Assembly (NCBI RefSeq): GCF_004010195.1
Contig: NC_057719.1
Span: 36,767,442 to 36,831,441 of the forward strand
DNA from: Chiloscyllium plagiosum
Lineage: Eukaryota
Length of the DNA stretch: 64,000 nucleotides
Reading direction: 5' to 3'
Shown here one piece after another: positions 10,767-24,159 of this stretch. How positions within the stretch are numbered: the first letter of the stretch is position 1; each line of letters begins with the position of its first letter. The notes below the pieces were generated by a model, which saw only the letters and a program-made list of their open reading frames with translations, did not search any database and was not told the origin of the DNA. A program made the translations under genes and the position numbers.

Positions 10767-12499
10767 GTGAGCATTTTTTATCAACAGAGAGGGGGAAGAA
10801 AAAGACTGTGTAGGCAGACGATCGGGTTTTATTCTGAGATGATCGGCCAGGTCGCTGTGTGCCTCGCTGGGAAGATAATAAACCTGTGGGTGCCACGTAC
10901 TGTATCTGGAGAGCGATCTGTTTTAAAGCAAATCGGTGGGGCACTGTCGGCTCCGGGCTCCGCTCGCCTCCGTGTGACGGTAAAGGGGGCTCGAACACTC
11001 CGTCTCTGCTCAGCGCCAGCTCAAGGTCAGGGCAGGGCAAAGGAGATTAGAAACCAGCGCTGAAGGGCTGAGGGACCGTGTACATCCCTCCCTCGGTCTC
11101 TTCCTGGCAATTGGCAGGGACGACTTGAACTAAATTTCCCTTTCCTCTCCTGCTATGGAACTGGAAAAAACCCAGTTGTCTGCGTTGATCATCCCAGACG
11201 CTATTAATAGCATTGCTACACGTGAAAATCCACAGCGTTAGCTGATATATTCCTGGCAACAAGCTGTTGATCAAGTGTTTCTTGCAATAAGGTTTTTTTT
11301 AAAAAAACACATTGAGTAAAACATTTTTCTTAATCTTTCCATATTTTCATCGAACTCTAGATTCCTGAGCAAAAGCGGATATGGTTTGTTTTAGGTCACA
11401 TCCTTATTGTGAATCTTTTCGTAATCGCTGATTGTACACAGCGTCAGTCAATCGAGTTCATTGCGTTCTTTTGCTGATATTTAATTAAAGTTCAAAAATT
11501 ACCATTTGTTCAGTGATCACTCTCTGAAAACTATTTACTCCATTAGCCTTGTTATCAGATCAGTAATATATTGAAATCAGATATGCATGTTTGAAGTTCA
11601 AATTCTCAGTGTAAATCAAGAATTGACTTAAAGAACGGGATTGGAAACATGGTGGTTAAATCTGGAGTCACCTTATTGAACAATGTTATAAAGGTGGGCA
11701 GGAGTATGGGGAAACAAAACTAATTAAGGATGGAGTTTTTGTGAAGTTACCAAATAAAGGTCATAACTGATTTCTTAAAGTTCAAAAATATACTCTATTC
11801 ATAAAATATTTTTAGATACATAGTCACTAAAGCAGTATGCTTCTGTACAGTAGCATATGAAGAAACAAACAAACATTGGAGTTTGACTTTTTCCAGTAAA
11901 CACATTAAAGTCACTTACTTCTTATGCACAACTATATTTACCCATGTTTGCGGGGGTGGGGGAAGGGGGAAGAGGAAATCATAAACTAATGTCAAACCTT
12001 AAGAGCAAACTCTCAGTGGCTACACAGTTTTCACTCGGGGTAAGTTTCTACTTTATCTATATGTCCTGTCGGCTTCAAAGTATTCAGATTTGTATTTTCC
12101 AAAAGTTAAAGTTTTGGAGAAAGAGTTTGTGGTTTGAATAAGGCTGGTTTTACAGTTGTTTTGCTGATTAAACTTTTACATAGATGCAACAGTGCAGGAT
12201 GCTGAGAGCATTCCACTTAATGAGGCTGTCATCTTCAATCATTGACTACAAAACTGCAAACACAGTTTGAGATATAATGCAATATTTGTAAAACTTTTCA
12301 ATCCAATTTAGTTGACATCACAAACTGAATAATATCATTCTACAATATGCTTCTATGTAAAACTATCTGAATTCTAAAGTATGTTACAACAGTTCAGTAC
12401 AGAGTCCTATGAGCTGTGTAATGCATTTTCATGTAAAGAACACAGTATTTCAGTTTTGCACTTTTTAAGAAGTTTCACTGTCACGCCAGACTTTAAATT

Positions 12500-12795
12500 A
12501 GCTAGATTACTTAGTGTAGAACAGGCCCTTCGGCCCAACAAGTCCACACCAACCCTCTGAAGGGCAACCCATCCAGCCCCATTTCCTTACATTTACCCCT
12601 TCACCTCACACTATGGACAATTTAGCATGGCCAATTCGCCTAACCTGCACATTTTTGGACTGTGGGAGGAAACCCACTCAGACACTGGGAGAATACGCAA
12701 ACTCCACACAGACAGTTGCCCAAGGCGGGAGTTGAACCCGGGTCCCTAGTGCTGTGAGGCAGCAGTGCTAACCACTGAGCCACTGTGCTGCCCAG
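12500..12795 (-). mobile_element. HE1-type V-SINE
   Basis: Full tail-to-head HE1 sequence on the minus strand. Confidence 0.92.
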
Positions 12796-13317
12796 CTACT
12801 CTGACTATTAATTATTGCAATGTGTCAGGGTATTCACTATTTTGTAAATGTTATAGTGTAATGTCAAAGCACTTTCTCAGTTTAGCTTTAATAATTTAAA
12901 GTAGTGATTAAGAGTTCAGAGACTTAATAAAAGTTAATGTTAATTTGATATCAATAAGAGATGCAAATATATTTTAATTTTCAGTTACAAATCGTGTTCA
13001 TCAGGGTTTCCATTACATGTAAAAAGCTACAGAGGGAATTGTAAACTTACCTACTACTTTGCCAGTGCTGACAAAATCTGATACCATCCCAGGAAAAGAA
13101 ATACATGGCATTTCACAATCATTTTATGTTGATTATGCCATTTCCTCAGGATGCCCCTTTTTTTTAATACTGATAACATACCATTTGACTTAGGAGCTTC
13201 TCTTATCTTTGCTTTCCATTTCCCTTGCTAGTTATTGACAAGTTGTAGTAGAAACTATATAATTTATAATGAACAAACTTTGCATTTTGGAATATTGTGA
13301 ATTGTTTTATTTATTTA

Positions 13318-14945
13318 GGGTCATAGAGGTATACAGCGCGGAAACAGACCCTTCAGTCCAACTCGCCCATGTTGACCAGATTTCCTAAATTAATCTAGTT
13401 CCATTTGCCAGCACTTGATTGATGTCACTCCAAATCCTTCCTATTCGTGAACCCATCCAGATGCCTTTTAAATGTTATAATTGTACCAAACTCCATCACC
13501 ACCTCTGGCAGCTCATTCGATACACATATGACCTTCTGCATGAAAAAGTTACCCCTTGAATCCCTTTTAAATCCTTCCCCTCTCACCTTAAACTTGTGCC
13601 CCTAATTTTGGACTTCCCCACCCTGGGGAAAATATCTTGGCTATTCACCCTGTCCATGCTCTTCATGATTTTATGAACCTTTTACAAGGTCACTCCTCAG
13701 CCTCCGACGCTCCAGGGAAAATAGCCCCAACCTATTCAGCCTCTCTATGGTTCAAACCTTCTAACCATGGCAGCATCCTTGTAAATCTTTTCTGAACTGT
13801 TTCAATTGTCACAACATCTTGCCTACAGCAGGCAGACCAGCATTGAATACAATATTCTAAAAGTGGTTTAATCAATATCCTGGACAGCCACAACATTACC
13901 TCCCAATTCCTTTATTCAATGCACTAACGAGTAAAAACAAGCATATCAAGCACATTCTTCACTATCCTGTCCACTTCGAAGGAACAATGAACATACCCTT
14001 TATGTTTGGCAGTACTGCCCAGAATCTTACCATTAAGTGTGTAAGTCCTGTCCTGATTTGCCTTTTTAAAATCCAACACCTCACATTTATAGAATCATAG
14101 AATCCCAACAGTGTGGAAACAGGCCATTTGCCCCCACACTGACCCTCTGAAGAGAAACCCATCCAGCCCCATTCCCCTACCCTATTACTCAACATTTACC
14201 CTTAACTAATGCACCTAACCTACACATCCCTGAACACGATGGGCAATTTAGCATGGCCAAATTTCTTTTAAATTATGTTAATGTAACCACTTCTGCTGGC
14301 AGCTCATTCCATATGCATCCCGCCCTCTGTGTAAAAAAAATGCTGTCCCACAGGTTCCTTTTTCTTTCCCTTCTAACCTTAAACTGATGCCCTCTGGTCT
14401 TCGGTTCCCCAACCCCAGGGAAAAAGACTGAATGCATTCACCCTGTCCATGCCTCTCATGATCTTATACACTTCTATACAATCCCCCCTCCGTCTCCTGT
14501 GCTCTAAAGAAAAAAAGTCATAGCTTGTCCAACCTCTCCTTATAACTCAAACCCTTCAGTCCTGGCAACATCCATATAAATTTCTTCTGCACTCTTTCCA
14601 GTTTAATAACGTCCTTCCTATAGCCAGGTAACCAAAAGTAAACACTATCTGTCACTCCTCAGACCATTTGCCCACCTGATCAGTTGTACTCTGAAAAAAA
14701 CCTTCTTTGCTGTCCACTGCACCATCAATTTTGGTGTCATCTGCAAACTTAATAACCATGCCTCCTATATTCACATTCAAATCATTTATATAAATGAATA
14801 AAAGCATTGGGCCCAGCACCAATCCTTGTGGCAGTCTGCACGTAACAGTCTGAAAAGCAACTGTCTCCTACCACTCTGTCTCCTCGTTTTGAGCTAATTT
14901 TGTATCCAAATAGCTAGATCTCCCTGGATTCCATGTGATTTAACT
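13318..14945 (-). mobile_element. Nested CR1 3' fragments with a partial HE1 (~14090-14260)
   Basis: CR1 3'UTR (GGAAACAGACCCTTC...), RT motif complement GTCATCTGCAAAC (FADD) near 14740. Confidence 0.85.
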
Positions 14946-15014
14946 TTATTTGAATTTTTGTTTCAAAATAACATTAATTTTAGGAATTCATTTGGATATT
15001 GTTAACCCAATGAT

Positions 15015-15930
15015 AGGTAATGGCTTAGTATTATTATTGCTGCACTGTTAATCCAGAGACCCAGCTAAACTGCTTGGGACCAGGGTTTGAGTCCCACCAT
15101 GGCAGATAATGGGATTTGAATTCAGTAATAAGCTGGAATAAGAGCCTAATAATGACCGTGAAGCCATTGCTGATTGTTAGGAAAAAACATCTGGTTCACT
15201 AATGTCCTTTCAGCAAACAAAATCTGCTATCCTTACCAAGGTAGCAGAGGAGTAGGATGCCTCAGATGGAGCTCATCTGCTCTATTTTCCTTTTTTTTTC
15301 TCTTTTCTGTTTTTTTAAATCCCTCTTTGCCTGGCCTTCTCCAACTCCCAGCCACCTTTGGACTCTGTGCTGACCTGCCATAGCAGCCTCCTACCTTTGT
15401 GGTTGCCTCCCAAACTGGCATGGCGAACTTTCTGCCCAGCATGGTGGTCTTTCAGTGGTATATGGTGGTCTCTCGGTCCAGTGTGGCCTCTGCATGATCT
15501 TCTAGTCTCAAGATGTTTCCTCGAAGCGCAGTCCCACTGGGGCTAAACATGTAAAGACTGTAATCTTTGAACTGTCAGTTTTATATCTTTATCTTCTACT
15601 TAAAACTAAAAAGGTCTGCAATGTGAAACTTTTAACCTTATTTTGTATGTTTCGTGCTATACAATAATTACTGCAATGTTTAACTTCTAACTTTGTTCTT
15701 TGTACCTTGTTCTTGAGTATCTGTACTTTGATGACTTGTGTGGCAACATTATACATTTTTCACTGTACTCCTGTCTTGTTATACTTGAATACAATTAAAT
15801 CAAATCAAATGATGTGGCCTACATGTGATTTCAGACCCACAGCAATGCTCTTAATTACCCTCTGGACAATTAGGGATGGGCAATAAATACCGGTCTGCCT
15901 AGTGACACCGACATCGCACAAATGAATTTT
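15015..15930 (+). mobile_element. MetaSINE/SlmI-like SINE split by a ~570-bp insert (~15238-15810)
   Basis: CATCTGGTTCACTAATGTCCTTT...AATCTGCTATCCTTACC resumes as TGGCCTACATGTGATTTCAGACCCACAGCAATG...GGGATGGGCAATAAAT. Further decayed copies at ~17040-17300 (+) and ~23900-24000 (-). Confidence 0.7.
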
Positions 15931-16679
15931 AAATAAGTTTGATAGAATATATCCAGCCAATTTTTTTTTAATCTCTGAAATAAATTCAGGAATTAACATG
16001 GTTAGCTATTTTTGTTGAACTCAACAAACATTTTCAGCTGTCTTTTGATTCTTATGAGCAGGACCATACTAAACAATAAGCATTCCCCAAATAACAAAAC
16101 TTGCATGAATAAAAATAGTCTAAATTATCCAGAATAGACACTACAAATGAAATAGTGATAGCTGAGCTGATAACTTTTTTTTTCTGAGAGATCACTGTGC
16201 TTCATTAATTTGTTCATATTCAGTAACTTTAATTTTATTTTTAAGGATTTGCTGTTTAGTATTACTGATACCTCCATTTGGAAACAGTTGCAGTCAGAGC
16301 CTCTGGGAATTGATTGATTGAACAAGTGTCAACCAACATGTTCTGTACTGGTACACTACAAACTTCTTTTATTTACATTGTTAATCTCTTAAAGCATTTC
16401 AACATAAAGGAAGAACACTGCAATTCTACTGTGGCTTATCACAATTTTCAGGATGGCCCAAATTCTTTTACATTCTTCCAATTAATACTACTTGCAGTAC
16501 ATGTCTATTATTTGGCTGAACATAAGAGGTAATTTTCAGGTAGCAAGGTCCCACAACAAAAAGATCTGTAAAATAAATGATTAAATTATTTTGTTAACAA
16601 TGGAGCAGCTATTGAGCAGCCTCACCAAAGGATAGAATAGTGGATACGTTTGTTGCATAATCACTATTGAGTCAAAGGG

Positions 16680-17690
16680 TTTCAACCCCACTCCAGAATT
16701 TGAGTACAAGAAATCAAGCCTGACCCTGCAGTACTGAAGGAATAATGCAGTGCCAGAGAGTATGGTTGAGTATGGATTTCTGATCTTGATAATGGTGCCC
16801 TCCTTTATCATTGTTACTGAATAAAATAGGTATAATAATTTTATAAAACTGCACATGCATATAATGCAGAAATCCAGCCAGTGCTGTCAGTGCTGCTTTT
16901 TGAGGTTGTGCTGTTGAGATCTCCCAAAGTGTGAGCCATGAACAACCATTCATCATCATTCAGTGAAATGATGAAAATTTTCACTTTTGTGTTCAGTCTT
17001 ACTATTTTAAAAAAAACTTGAAAAAGTTATGCCTTAAGGGAGGTGGTAGTCACTAGGCCAGTAATCTAGATACTGAGGCTAATGCAGTCAGGATGTTGAT
17101 TCATAAATCATCATAGTAACTGGTCAAAGTTATCTTCAGTAAATAAATCTGGAAATAAAAACTAGTCTTAATTAAAGAGCACCATGAAATCATTGTTAAT
17201 TATTGCAAAATCCCATCTGATTCAGTAATGTCCTTTTTGAGAATGAACTCTGCCACCTTTAACTGGTCTGGTATAAATGAGCTACCAGAGCTGCAGCAAT
17301 GTGGTCAGGAATGTATATTTTCTATGGAAGAATAAAGGAAAACAAAACCTTGCTATGAGGTGTATCTGTGTGTTCAAAAAGTAGTGCCTTTCACATCCAC
17401 TGCACATCTGAAAACTTAGTACAATAGTTGGATGAAGTGCCATTACTATTGTAGTAAACAAAATGTGGAAGCTGATTTTTGTACAGTAAACTCTGTCAGG
17501 TAACAATGTGATAATGACTAGAATGTTCCTCTGATTGGAGGGATAGATGTTGGGTCAGGTTCTTGGAGACAACTCATCTGCTCCTATTTAAAGTAGGATC
17601 TTTTGCATCCACTTGAGTGGTACTATGGTTCATCATTTCATCTGAATGATAGTACTGCATTGCTGGAAATGCAATCTCAATTTCTTTAAC
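16680..17690. mobile_element. Decayed DeuSINE-like fragments (~16680-16830 plus; ~17400-17690 minus)
   Basis: CTGCAGTACTGAAGGAATAATGCAGTG and AGGATCTTTTGCATCCACTTGAG resemble the Deu domain. Confidence 0.5.
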
Positions 17691-18449
17691 TCACAGACAT
17701 GAAGCAATGTTTAGTCAATTTCAACATCTTGTTTGAGCAATCTTTTAAAAATGTGGTTAGTGGAAAACTGCTGTAAAAAGAATGACAAAGGTGGTGGAGA
17801 TACTAATCAAACTGAATGTTACTGGCTTCACTAATTAAGAAAGCTTCTGAGTTCATGTTACGGTTAGCTTTCAAGTAAATAATAAAAGAAAGTAATTCAA
17901 TCCGTTACCTGTGGAAGTCTGCAGCTGCAGATCAGTTTTTAGATGTGCAGTTTATTTCGGGAGTCGACAAGATTGTTTACAAACTCTGCATCGTATTTAG
18001 TTGTAAGAAGACAGATGATGACATATCATCATCACAAAGTGCCATCTCATCTGGAAATCATTTCCATGTAGCAGTCACCAAACAGCTGCCAAAATAGCTG
18101 GGTAAGTTAGGCCACAGTGCAAAATTAACTTTAGTAAAATCTTCAGCGTACATATTGTAGGAGTAGTACTGTGCATTGCTAATCATAAGTGACTGAATGA
18201 AAGGTGAAATAAAATTATTCTTGTGTATCTGTATGATATTTTCAGTGTACTCAGAACAGCTCCATGATCATGCCTTCAATTTAACGTTGGGTAGAGGAAA
18301 TGTAACATGTTCAAGATCTGATTTTTTATTCCCCCTGACAGATTGTTCAAAATGAACACATTTCAATTTGGTTAATAATTCAGATAATTTTCACTGTTCT
18401 TGTGATTGCAATTAGCATTGTCCTTTAAGTCATATCTTCCATAAATAAT

Positions 18450-19780
18450 GTACATGGAACATTACAGCACAGTGCAGGTGCTTTGGCCCTTGATGTTGCG
18501 CCGACCTGTGGAACCAATCTGCAGTCCATCTAACCTACACTATTCCATTCTCGTTGATATGTCTAACCAACGACCATTTGAATGTCCTTTAAATTTGGCA
18601 AGTCTACTACTTTTGCAGGCAGGGTATTCCATGCCCCTACTATCCTGAGTAAAGAAACTACCTCTGACATCTGTCCTATATCCATCACCCCTCCATTTAA
18701 AGCTATATCCCCTCGTGCTAGCCATCACCATCCGAGAAAAAAGCCTCTCATTGTCCACCGTATCTAACCCTCTGATTATCTTGTATGTCTCAATTAAGTC
18801 ACCTATCAACCTCCTTCTCTTTTATTGGTCAGAGTATTGAGTACAGGATTTGGGAGGTCATGTTGCGGCTGTACAGGTCATTGGTTAGGCCGCTGTTGGA
18901 ATATTGTGTGCAGTTCTGGTCTCCTTCCTATTGGAAAGATGTTGTTAAACTTGATAGGGTTCAGGAAAGATTTACAAGGATGTTGCCAGGGTTGGAGGAT
19001 TTGATCTATAGGGAGAGGCTGAACAGGCTGAAGCTGTTTTCCCTGGAGCATCAGAGGCGGAGGGGTGACCTTATAGAGGTTTGCAAAATTGTGGGGCATG
19101 GATAGGATAAATAGGCAAAGTCTTTTCCCTGGGGTCGGGGAGTCCAGAACTAGAGGGCATAGATTTAGGGTGAGGGGAATGTGGGCTGGGTGCTGGCAGG
19201 TGGGACTAGATTGGGTTGGGATATTTGGTCGGCATGGACAGGTTGGACAGAAGGGTCTGTTTCCATGCTGTACATCTCTATTACTCGATGAAAACAGCCT
19301 CCAGTCCTCCAGCCATTCCTCATAAGACCTCCCCTCCCTACCAGGAATATGTTAGTAAATCTCCTCTGAACCCTTTCCAAAGCTTCCATTTCCTTGTTAT
19401 AATGCGGTGACCAGAACTGTACGCAGTACTCCCAAGTGCAGCCGCACCAAAGTTTTGGACAGCTGCACCATGACCTCATGGCTCCAAAACTTAATCCCTC
19501 TGCCAATAAAAGCTAACAAACCGTATATGTTCTTAACAACCCTATCAACCTGGGTGGCAACTTTCAAGAATCTACATACATGGACACTGAAATCTCTCTG
19601 CTCATTTACACTACCAAGAATCTTACCATTAGCCCATTACTGTGTCCCTGTTACTCCTTCCAAAGGGAACCACCTCACACTTTTCCACTTCAAACTCCAT
19701 TTGCCACCTCTTAGCCCAGCTCTGTAGCTTATCTATGTCCCTCTGTAACCTGCAACATCCTTCAGCACTATCCACAACTA
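18450..19780 (-). mobile_element. CR1 3' fragment (minus) with a second CR1 (plus, ~18818-19285) inserted in it
   Basis: ORFs 18540-18809(-), 19165-19506(-) and 18785-19105(+) all give CR1 ORF2 C-terminal motifs (EYCVQFWSP, GDLIE). Confidence 0.9.
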
Positions 19781-20069
19781 CAGTTGTATGTGCAATTTAT
19801 TTCAAATGAAAAATAATCCATTAGAACAGTAACCTGACTGATGCAGCAGGTATTGGTCTGTAGCAGACAATTTAAAACCTATCCAATTTGCAATAAGTGT
19901 GAGAATAACATTGATTGTTAAATTTAGATTAATAGGTAACTGAGCAGTTTTTGCCCAAATTGCCTGTATAAACGCACTGGAACTTTTTATTTTTAACTTT
20001 TTTTTATTCTAAACGCTCACTGGGTTAAATAAAATAAACACTGGGTGTTTTATTCAAATCTGCAAAATA

Positions 20070-22056
20070 GAGATCCAAGATGGCGGCGACCCAGCAAGCC
20101 TGAGTCTGCAGTGCTCTGCCTAAGACTCTGGCAAGGTGGGGTGCCCACCTTCATCTCTCCTTTTAAATCATTCAGGATAGCTTTTGCCCCAGCACTGAGT
20201 CATTTTACATCAAACTTTCACCATTTGGTGCTTTTTAAAAAATGACTAAAGGCAAGAACTCCCGCAGCTCGCAACAGGCAGGGACCCCTCCCCCACCCCC
20301 TCCCACAGCAGCAGAGACCCGTCCCACAGCAGCAGGGATGTCTACGGCCGCCTCAGGGGAATTACCTGTAGAGGCGATCCTGATCTCTGACATCGTCAAA
20401 CTCAAGGAGAAGATTGACACGTCCATTGAGGCCTGGTCCATGTGGAAGTCTATCGAAAAACTCGAGCAGCACGTCGGAGGGGCGAAGCAACAGACCGTGG
20501 CCTCGGACTGCTGTTGAGTCATCCATGGGTCATGTCTGGGCTCTGAACTGGCGAGTCTGGACCCTGGAGGAGCACATCGACGACCTCTAAAATCAAGGCA
20601 TTGGGAAAAATATTTGGTTGCTGGGCCTTCCCAAACAGGAGGAGAAAGGCCAGCTTGTGATTTCTTGGAGCAATGGCTCCCACAATTATTGAAATTGGAG
20701 TCTGAGCTGGGCCGGTTGCGGGTGGAGCGGGCCCAGCGACTTGCTGTGCACAGACCCAGGTTGGACCACCCGGTTCTAGTCCGACTTCAATGAAATAAGG
20801 AAAAACAAATGCTCCTAGAGGCCTCCAGAGTTCTGGGGAAGGATCCCCAGGCCATGATGTACAAGGGCTCCAAGATAATGCTATTTCAGGACTTCTCTCC
20901 AGTCGTGGTCCGCAAGAGGAGGGCATTCGACGAGGCGAAGAAGCGTTTGAGAGACTTAAATATTCAATACTCCATGCGATATCTGGCAACGCTGCATTTC
21001 AGCCATGGAGGATCTGTATATAACTTTGGATCACCGGAAGAAGTAAGACTGCGGGACTTGAACTGTATGGATAATTACTTTATTTCACACCCCGCCCCAC
21101 CCCCCCCTTTGTTTACCCTTCTTTCTTTCTCCATCTCATTTTTACTCAGCTTTCCCGGGGGGGAGGTGGGGCTTGTTCTTTTTATAGCTCGTGCGGCTTA
21201 TTTGATTTGTGGGGGAGGTTTTTTCTAGAGTGGGGTTTTCTTTTTTCTTATTTAGTTGCCTAATACTTGCTGGGATTGCAATTTTGTAACTTTATATATT
21301 TTTATTCTGCATTGTTTTATTAAATGTATCCAGGTGTTAGTGTAGGGGGAGGGGTAGGTCACTCACTTTAACTCCTGTTTTATAAGACACTTGAATTTAT
21401 TTACTCCATTTTGTAATGCTTAAGCCGAGGGCAGGGCCCAAGCTGGGAGAGATTATGGCGGTGTTATTGGCAGGTGTAATGCCCCCAGGAGCAAGGAGGA
21501 AAGTCTCCATTTCAAAGATGCTTTGTGTTATTTTTACTTAGGAGTAGTTCTTAATTGTGTTGATTAAAATGTTTTAAAGAGTTTTTTTATATGTAAACTT
21601 TCTATGGTCTTTATTCAATGTCTTTTGGGCGGGGTTCTTCCTCCTGGGGGGGTCTCTGGCCTGTCTGGACGATCATGGCTGGCCATTCGCTTAGGTGATA
21701 CACCTGGAATGTCAAGGGGAGCCATTCGCCAATCAGAAGGGAAAAAGATATTATCATGTCTTTAAAAAAAAAGGGTTGACGTAGCTCTCTTACAGGAGAC
21801 ACATTTACTTGATAAGGAACACTCAAAGCTACAACAGGGTGAGTTTGGTCAGGCATTCTTTTCATCTTTCAGCTCAACAAGTAGGGGAGTAGCCATTCTT
21901 ATTCGGAAGAATCTTTCTTTCCAAATGTTAAGCCAGATAAAAGATGAGTCTGGACGGTATATATTGATCAAAGCCCTAATGTACAGAGAGGAATGCGGGA
22001 TTTTGAATCTTTATTGTCCCCTGGTACACCCTTTTAAATTTGTACTAGAAGCATTC
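20070..22056 (+). mobile_element. L1-clade LINE, 5' part: 5'UTR, decayed ORF1, start of ORF2 endonuclease
   Basis: Starts GAGATCCAAGATGGCGGCG after TSD 20056-20069; ORF1 motif FQDFSPVVVRKRRAF; APE motifs TWNVKG and LLQETHL (~21700-21810). Confidence 0.88.
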
Positions 22057-22164
22057 TCTACCTGCAACTCCTCACCAAAGCTTAGGTGATTAAAAAACAC
22101 ATGAACTTGAGATTTTAAATGGACAAACTAGACAAGGGATGAAATTAAAATATTTTGCAGATTT

Positions 22165-23800
22165 TTTAAATAGGTGTTTTTATTGAATAAAAGAAAATTT
22201 AAGATTTTTTTACAAAATTACAAAAATAATACAAACTAGTGTATTCCACCTTACAATATAATAACACCAATACAAAATTAAATAAATAAATAAACCCAAC
22301 TAACTACTAACCTATTCTACAAACAACCAAAACATAAAATAGGATATCATACATTACTAACAGTAAACATCAAAGTGATTAAATAACTAGATACATGCTC
22401 AAAATAGATTTACATCAAGTCATAATAGAACCCGTATTTTTGCAAGAGGTAGGGTGGGAAGAGGTGTAATCCAGGTAGCTGTGGGAGTTGGTGGGTTTGT
22501 AAAAAATGTCAGTGTCAAGTCGGTCGTCATTAATGGAGATGGAGAGGTCCAGGAAGGGGACGGAGGTGTCAGAGATGGTAGCACTCTATGCTACTTTCTC
22601 CCCACCCCCACCCTCCTCTAACTTATCTCTCCACCCTTCAGGCTCACTGCCTTTATTCCTGATGAAGGGCTTTTGCCCGAAACATCGATTTCGAAGCTCC
22701 TTGGATGCTGCCTGAACTGCTGTGCTCTTCCAGCACCACTAATCCAGAATCTGGTTTCCAGCACTTGCAGTCATTGTTTTTACCTCGTTGAAATCCCGAT
22801 GCTCTCACTATGGGCGTATAAGGGGAGGTTTTTTGAAGTTTACCCTCATCTTGTCACATTGTTTTCCAGGCTTTAATTGTTTTTAGTACAATAGGGTTTT
22901 TACAAAAGGCCATAAACACTCTCATCTTGTCTATAAATAATAGATTGATGCGGGGATGTTTTGCTTGGGAAGTCTCAATATCTAACCAGATTGATTGGGT
23001 CTCTTTTGTGGGTCACAAACAGCTACATTAGATAATAAGAAGCTCATTTGGTACCTCCTGAAACCTGGAAAGTTCAGTCCTCCCCTTGCTTGTGGGAGCT
23101 GCGCTTTTCTAATTTGATAAGGAGCCGAGCCAGCCTGTCCCGGCAACATCAAGGGGAGCATTCTCATAGGGTATAGAAGATGAGGTAGAATATTCATCTT
23201 AATTGCCTAGCCAGGATATTGGGAGATCTCCCCAGCGTTGAAGGTCCTACCTTATTTTCTCTAAGTGTACATAATTGGCTTTATATAGCTGACCAAATAC
23301 TGGAGTGATAAAAATACCTAAGTACAGAAAACCTTCTAGTGACCAATGAAAGGGAAAGCAAGATCCGTCCAGTAAATTGGATATACTGGCAAAGCCTCCC
23401 AATGGCATGGCCTCCGATTTCATAAAATTGATTTTGTAACCTGAGGACATACCGAATAGATTGACCACTTGAATTAAGCGGGGCACGGATGTCAAAGGAT
23501 CACTTAAGAAAAGGAGGACATCATCCGTGTCGAGAGGAATTTTGTGCTTGCTCAATCCAACCCTCGGAGCCGTTATCTTAGGGTCAGTTCGTATAGCCTC
23601 CGCTAGTGGTTAAATCACTAGCGTAAATAGTAATGGTGAAAGAGGACATCCCTGGCAACAGCCCCTGCCAACGCTAAAGCTATCCAAACTTAAACCGTTG
23701 GTGATCACCACTGCTTTGGGATCATTATATAATACTGAAACCCATTTAGTAAAGACCTCTCCAACACCGAACCTTTCCAGCGTCTAAAAAAAGATACGTG
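22165..23800 (-). mobile_element. Same L1, 3' part, inverted (RT ~22795-23800; 3'UTR/polyA ~22165-22430)
   Basis: Minus strand QGCPLSPLLF, DTDDVLLF, GYKINFMKSE, GGLNFP; ends TTCAATAAAAACACCTATTTAAAAAA followed by the TSD copy (22164-22151). Confidence 0.85.
22432..22790. mobile_element. Short PLE insert: minus-strand RT piece (22432-22578) fused to a plus-strand terminus with hammerhead motif (22659-22688)
   Basis: YKPTNSHSYLDYTSSHP on the minus strand; terminus nearly identical to 6780-6978. Confidence 0.85.
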
Positions 23801-24159
23801 GGGGCATTCAAGGAGCAGGAAAATTGACGTTTTGGGCAAAAGCCCTTCATCAGGATGTGTATTTTATTATCACCTAAGCTTTGGTGAGGAGTTGCAGGTA
23901 GGCCAAACTAGTTAAGACTGGCAGATTTCCTTCTCTAAAGGACATGTGAACTAGATAGTTGACATGTTCACCAAATGAGGTTAGCTTTACATTCCAGATT
24001 CATGATAGCACATTGAGCCTGCAGCCAGTTTTTGGGTTTGCATGTGCTACTCCTGGCATGCTCTCCTGTACTCACCATTGAGCGAGGAGTGATTCCCTGG
24101 CGGCTGCTTATTTCTGGAGCAAGGAACATGCCACACACTGAGGTTTTATGAGAGGAAAT

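Noticed and set aside
10711..11274. Overlapping 60-110 aa ORFs at the exon 1 / intron 1 boundary
   Set aside because: Expected in a GC/CpG-rich stretch; no recognisable domains.
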